DNA from: Paramecium tetraurelia | Taxonomy: Eukaryota | Length of the DNA stretch: 64,000 nt | NCBI GenBank assembly: GCA_000165425.1 | Contig: CT868341.1 | Coordinates: 248,001 to 312,000, forward strand | Reading direction: 5' to 3' | Translations under genes and position numbers: made by a program | The notes under the pieces: generated by a model | Seen by the model: the letters and a program-made list of their open reading frames with translations, nothing else | Told to the model about the DNA's origin: nothing | Databases searched by the model: none | Part shown: positions 59,193-64,000 of the stretch, piece after piece | Layout of the letters: every line of letters begins with the position of its first letter | Position numbering within the stretch: position 1 is the first letter of the stretch

Positions 59193-60260
59193 ATGATCCC
59201 AGCAATAACTAATAATGGTTGCTCTTAAAATATTTAAAACTCCTCAAACTTTCATTTCATTCCTATTCTTCCTTCGTTTTTCCTTAAAATAAATAAACTA
59301 TAAAATAATTGCAAAAAATATTATTTTTAACATATGTCTCATCTATTTCTATAATTTTTGGACTCATTATGCCTCGATTATTAATATTCTCTAGCAAAAA
59401 CCTATAAAACAATTCAATCATGTTAGAATAAAAAGACATCCTCCAAATTCGAACTTAAGTTATGTTTTCCTTTTTTTCACTTACTACATCCATGTAAGAT
59501 AAATAATTCACAAAAATTGATAATGGGATAAACCAGTGATTATCATTAATTTCTTAATATTGGTTTTCAAGTCTTAATTTTTATAATATAAATGATTATC
59601 AAGGAAGAATACACATCATTTTGGAAAGATAAATGTATCAATTAAAAGGATGTTGATATTAAGCCATATAATTTAATCAATCACTCTTCATATCCATAAT
59701 TTCAAGTATTCAAATTTTTACTTTATATTATTTATGATCATAAAACTAGGATAATATATTTTGGTTTATTTTGTTTTAAGCTTTTAAACTGATGTAGAAG
59801 AGATTTATTAAAAGATTATCAAATGGTATTTGCATTTTTAATCTTTTCTCTTATTAAGATAATTATCTTTATTTCATAAATTATAAAACGATAACGATGA
59901 ACAAATTTATCTTAGTCTATATATTTTGTTTAATCTATTTTTACTCATTCACATTAATTTATTCAAAGTTGACAGATCCTCACTATTCTTGGAATTTGAA
60001 TATAATTACATTCAGGTGGTTGTGAAGAAAATATTAGATGCAACCCAATATATTCTTTTTCCATAAAATAATTTTTTGAATTATAGTAATAATGGATTTA
60101 AGAGTAGAATAAAATCAGATGTAGATGCCAATTAATATTAGAAATACCATCGATAATCAAACTTTATAGAATATTCAAGACATATTTTGCTAGGTCAAGT
60201 AGAATTATACCTTTTATTTTTGAGATAAATTTATAGTTAAGTTTAATAAATTAATAATAA
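59193..60260 (+). CDS. Hypothetical multipass membrane protein
   Basis: Hydrophobic F/I/L-rich code-6 frame; boundaries uncertain. Confidence 0.4.
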
Positions 60261-60292
60261 ATGATATCCATTTCTATCTAATATCAATTCAT

Positions 60293-60746
60293 TCATAATA
60301 GACTCCAAATACAATTGCTACACCATAGATACTTTCCTATTGGTTTAATGATGAGAAGACTTAAATACATTTTGAAATGAATATGATGCGTAATTGTCCC
60401 AAGTTGGATCCCAAAGGTTTTTGGAAGTGACTTTGCATCCCTATCCTTTGATTTCTCCAATTATAACTTAAACTGCAACCTTAAATCTTGGCATTTTGAT
60501 AGCTTTAAAATAAATAGAAATAATTTATTTACAATCTCTTACTTTGCTTCTGATTCGTTTTACTAATTCTTCTGCTAAATTAGGAGTGTTGTTTGCATCA
60601 TAAGTTTCGTTTTTTAATTTATCATCCATAATTTCTTGAATTAGTTTTCTCACTTTAGATGGATAGAATCTAATTATATTGACTCAAAATCACTTTTCTT
60701 CATCTTTAGGTTCTACAACAAAAGTATTTGCACCTCCAGAGTCCAT
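60293..60746 (-). CDS. Tctex-1 family dynein light chain (TCTEX1D2-like)
   Basis: FYPSKVRKLIQEI...PRFKVAVQVIIGEIKGQG...LWDPTWDNYASYSFQN...VFGVYYE. Confidence 0.9.
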
Positions 60747-60788
60747 CTTTATTGATTTTATAAATAATAATAATAATTTAATAGTTAC

Positions 60789-62250
60789 TCATTATTTTTC
60801 AAAATTCTTTTTAATTCCAACATACAAATGATCAAATTACTACTCCATAGCTTATTAAATATAAGGCTATTCAAATTAATTTATGTAAATACTTTCTCGT
60901 CTGAATATCTGGGTTTCATCACATTTTCAAAATATTCCTCCTTATCTTCCCTTTATTTTTATTTGATCTATCTATATTGAATGACCATTTTTATTTTCAA
61001 ATCTACTCTTCCAGCATTATCATTATTGATTCCATTCCATCTGTATTAAAAGTTAGCATCGTAATAATCTCCATTGTTTACGAATTCATGTTTGATAATC
61101 TCTAAATTTTACCCTTTTATTTCATCTAAACTCTTATCAAGATCACAAGACAATATCAGTTTTGGAGGCAATGAATTTTATGGGAAATCTGCGTCGATTC
61201 TAATTGAAGTGGTCGTAAGATTTCCACCTTAGGTTAAGAATGGTATTTTAATGGGAACCCATCCTAGATTCTATAAAAATTATCATTACCTCCAATCTAA
61301 GTTATGATGCCTTTTGGAGGATTGATTGTTAATGTTACATTAGTATAGGATGTTTTTTTCTTTAGTTTTTCTTTGGTGTACTATCTTATTATTGTCTTGA
61401 TTCTAGGCTCTTCAATTTCAATCAAATCTTTTAGTTACAATTCTTTTGCTAATTTAATAATATCTTCATTTGCATCTTTGATATTACTCAAAGGAATGGG
61501 TTTTAAATTTAGTAATAATTCATTTAATTTCTCCTTTTACTTTTCTAAAGGATTTACACTATCCCAATGAATGTATTCTGATTCACTTTTATGTAGCTTC
61601 TTATTCCATTCGTAGAAATTGTATTTTAAATTTGTATTCTCTATTTCTTTACATCTTGTCATGATTGTCAATGTCGAAGAATGCAAATTGCTGCCAATCA
61701 ATATTCCTAATTAGGCTATCCTAGTATCTTTTGCATAACGATCTATAAAACTATTATGAATATATAGGATCCCATCCAACTATTAGATTGGATTAACTTT
61801 TAAAATTATGCAACTCAATACTTTATTAACTCATTTGATGTACACTGTAGTCTAGTAAAGTTTTCACTAAGTTTTATAGAATTTAATCGTTATTAGTTTA
61901 TCCTGGATCCCATGTTCCTCTTGTATCGATCAATTATACATTTCCAAGAACTTCATCCTATATAAAGTAAATTTTTCCGGGGTCAATAGTGACAGCCACT
62001 CCAAGTCCTCCAGTTTATGGCATTTAGTTGTCAGAGTCGATTCCTCCTAAGCTTTTGATAAAAGTTGACTTTCCGGATCCAGAATCTCCGTAAACCAAAT
62101 AAGTTCTAATATGTTAATTTTACATATACAATAATTTGATTGATTTTTATGAAATATAGATTCAGACTAATTTCTACTTGTTTAATCCTTATCACTTATT
62201 GTTTGGTTCAAAACTCTTCTCTCTCTTGATTATCAGAATTTAAGATCCAT
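60789..62250 (-). CDS. P-loop GTPase-like protein (AIG1/MMR_HSR1-like)
   Basis: LVYGDSGSGKSTFI (G1), IDTRG (G3-like). Confidence 0.7.
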
Positions 62251-62647
62251 TTTATTTGAAAATTCAGATAATTATGAAGTGAAATAATAGGAATTCATCT
62301 AAAATTACTAAAATTATCTATCAATCTTAGACTTCACCATAATTCATAAGGGCAGATATATTTTTTCTAAATAAAAAACAATTATTTAACAAACATTATT
62401 GCAATTTTATAAATAAAATATATTATTTATGGATTTTAATACTTAAGCATTCTTTTACTAAGATTTAATTTATTACTATAAAATTAAAAATTATGTTCTA
62501 ATAAATTTATGATTATTTCCAAAAACATTAATGCTGTTTAAAATTTTAGACAGCAATATCAGTATTTGGCAATAAAATGATAATTTCACAAAATTTATTA
62601 AAAATTCATATGATATAATTTTGCAATTTATGAGGGATACTATAAAA

Positions 62648-63283
62648 ATGGATTTAATAATTTTTTTGAAACAAATGATTTCTAAAATCTCTTCAAAATC
62701 TAACTCTAGCTTAGCCTCAAACGACGAAGACAGCTCTTACTAAACATAATTCCATCATCAACCACATTTCCAATTAGAAGATGGAATTTTTAAGTCCAAG
62801 TAATTTAAATAAAGAAGAAAAACTATCCAATATGGATAGAAAGATAGAAGCAGTGCCATCTATAAGTACATCAAAGAGAAGCAAAAGGCCTTTCTTGATT
62901 ACAAACCAAGAGCTTAAATTTCTTAATTCTCCGCTGAAGAGGATAGAATCCTAATCTTGCTTGTTAAGAAGTTAGGACCTAAGTTCAATAAAATAACAAG
63001 GTATTTCTCAGGAAAAACAGTTAATATGATTAAAAATAGATATTATAAGGCTCTACGATATGTTGAATCTCAAGAAATTCCAAAGGAACTTGAAGAAGAA
63101 CTTCTTTCAAACAACAATGATTCAAGAATTATTGGTAGGAAAATTCTAAATTTATGGCCCCAACATAAATATATGAGTTCTGTGTTAGAGAACAGCCCTC
63201 TCTTTCCAGAAGCAAAGGAAATTTTGCACACCTTTTTGAGTTCATTTTAATAACTCATCAGCAATTGCAAAAGTGACAAATGA
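62648..63283 (+). CDS. Myb-like DNA-binding protein
   Basis: FSAEEDRILILLVKKLGPKFNKITRYFSGKTVNMIKNRYY. Confidence 0.85.
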
Positions 63284-64000
63284 AATATATATATATGTTA
63301 TAAAACATAATTAACAGTACTAAATTTTGTATTCTTTTAAGTTACAAATTACTGTATTTTTCGTATTATAATCATCTATTTGCTATGATAAGTTTATTGG
63401 TAGAAAATATTCTTAAAATAGTCATGAATTATTTAAGAAATTTATGATATACAACAAATATATAAATAAATCAAAAATAAATCATAAAATTCAAATATTT
63501 AATATTATAGCTGTTAATACAATCTTTAGCTAAATTAATATCAAATATCTTAAATATAGAGTAATTATGGTTAAGAAAAAACGCAAGGAGTTAAATAGCT
63601 TAAAATAATCAAAAGTTAAGTCCAAAATTAAATTGATCAAAATCCAAGTTCTCAAAACTTAGAGTTATACAAACTTTAAATACATAGATATAAATAATAA
63701 TTTCATAGCAATAAACGATATTCGTTTAAAATTAAGAACTCTCGAATTATACTTTCTCTATGATAAATATAAGGTATATTTAATGTTTTTGTTGTCAAAA
63801 ATCAATTCTATATTACAAAATTATAGATGATTTGTTGCTTCTTGAATAAATTTAATGTATTTTTAATATGTAAATATTTTTAAGGCTTATTCATTTTAAT
63901 TCATCTTAATTTATCGTTTAAGATGCATTTTAAAGTATAGGAGATAAACCCCAATCAGATTTCAATTTTACTAAATCTTTTGTTCATTATTTCAAAATAC

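Noticed and set aside
63568..63850. Possible short ORF MVKKKRKELNS...
   Set aside because: No motif and unclear structure near the window edge.

Overview
Ciliate nuclear DNA, most consistent with Paramecium. It is very AT-rich, TAA/TAG read as Gln, TGA is the only stop, GT..AG introns are about 20-31 nt, and intergenic gaps are very short. The supplied ORF track uses TAA/TAG as stops, so it mostly shows fragments or antisense shadows; I retranslated by eye with genetic code 6 and coordinates are approximate. About 40 protein genes are present, including a cytosolic carboxypeptidase, an LPCAT-like acyltransferase, an epiplasmin-like protein, Snu13, a RING E3, a Nudix hydrolase, a MORN-SAM-TKL kinase, FAM135-like, PS synthase, Kelch-BTB, MsrB-like, tesmin/CXC, a DEAD-box helicase, a CHD remodeler, cytochrome c, a TBC GAP, an OSCA/TMEM63-like channel, NKAP, CHCHD2, Tctex1, a P-loop GTPase and a Myb protein, plus one tRNA-Leu(AAG). 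The most notable unannotated structure is a gene-poor block (about 2.7-12.4 kb). It holds two head-to-tail, heavily decayed non-LTR retrotransposon (LINE) relics on the minus strand, one APE+RT and one ORF1-like+APE, separated by an (ATTAT)4 tract. Other oddities are an MsrB lacking its catalytic Cys, a bromodomain-like insert inside a chromodomain, a pseudokinase, and clusters of single-base indels in conserved genes.
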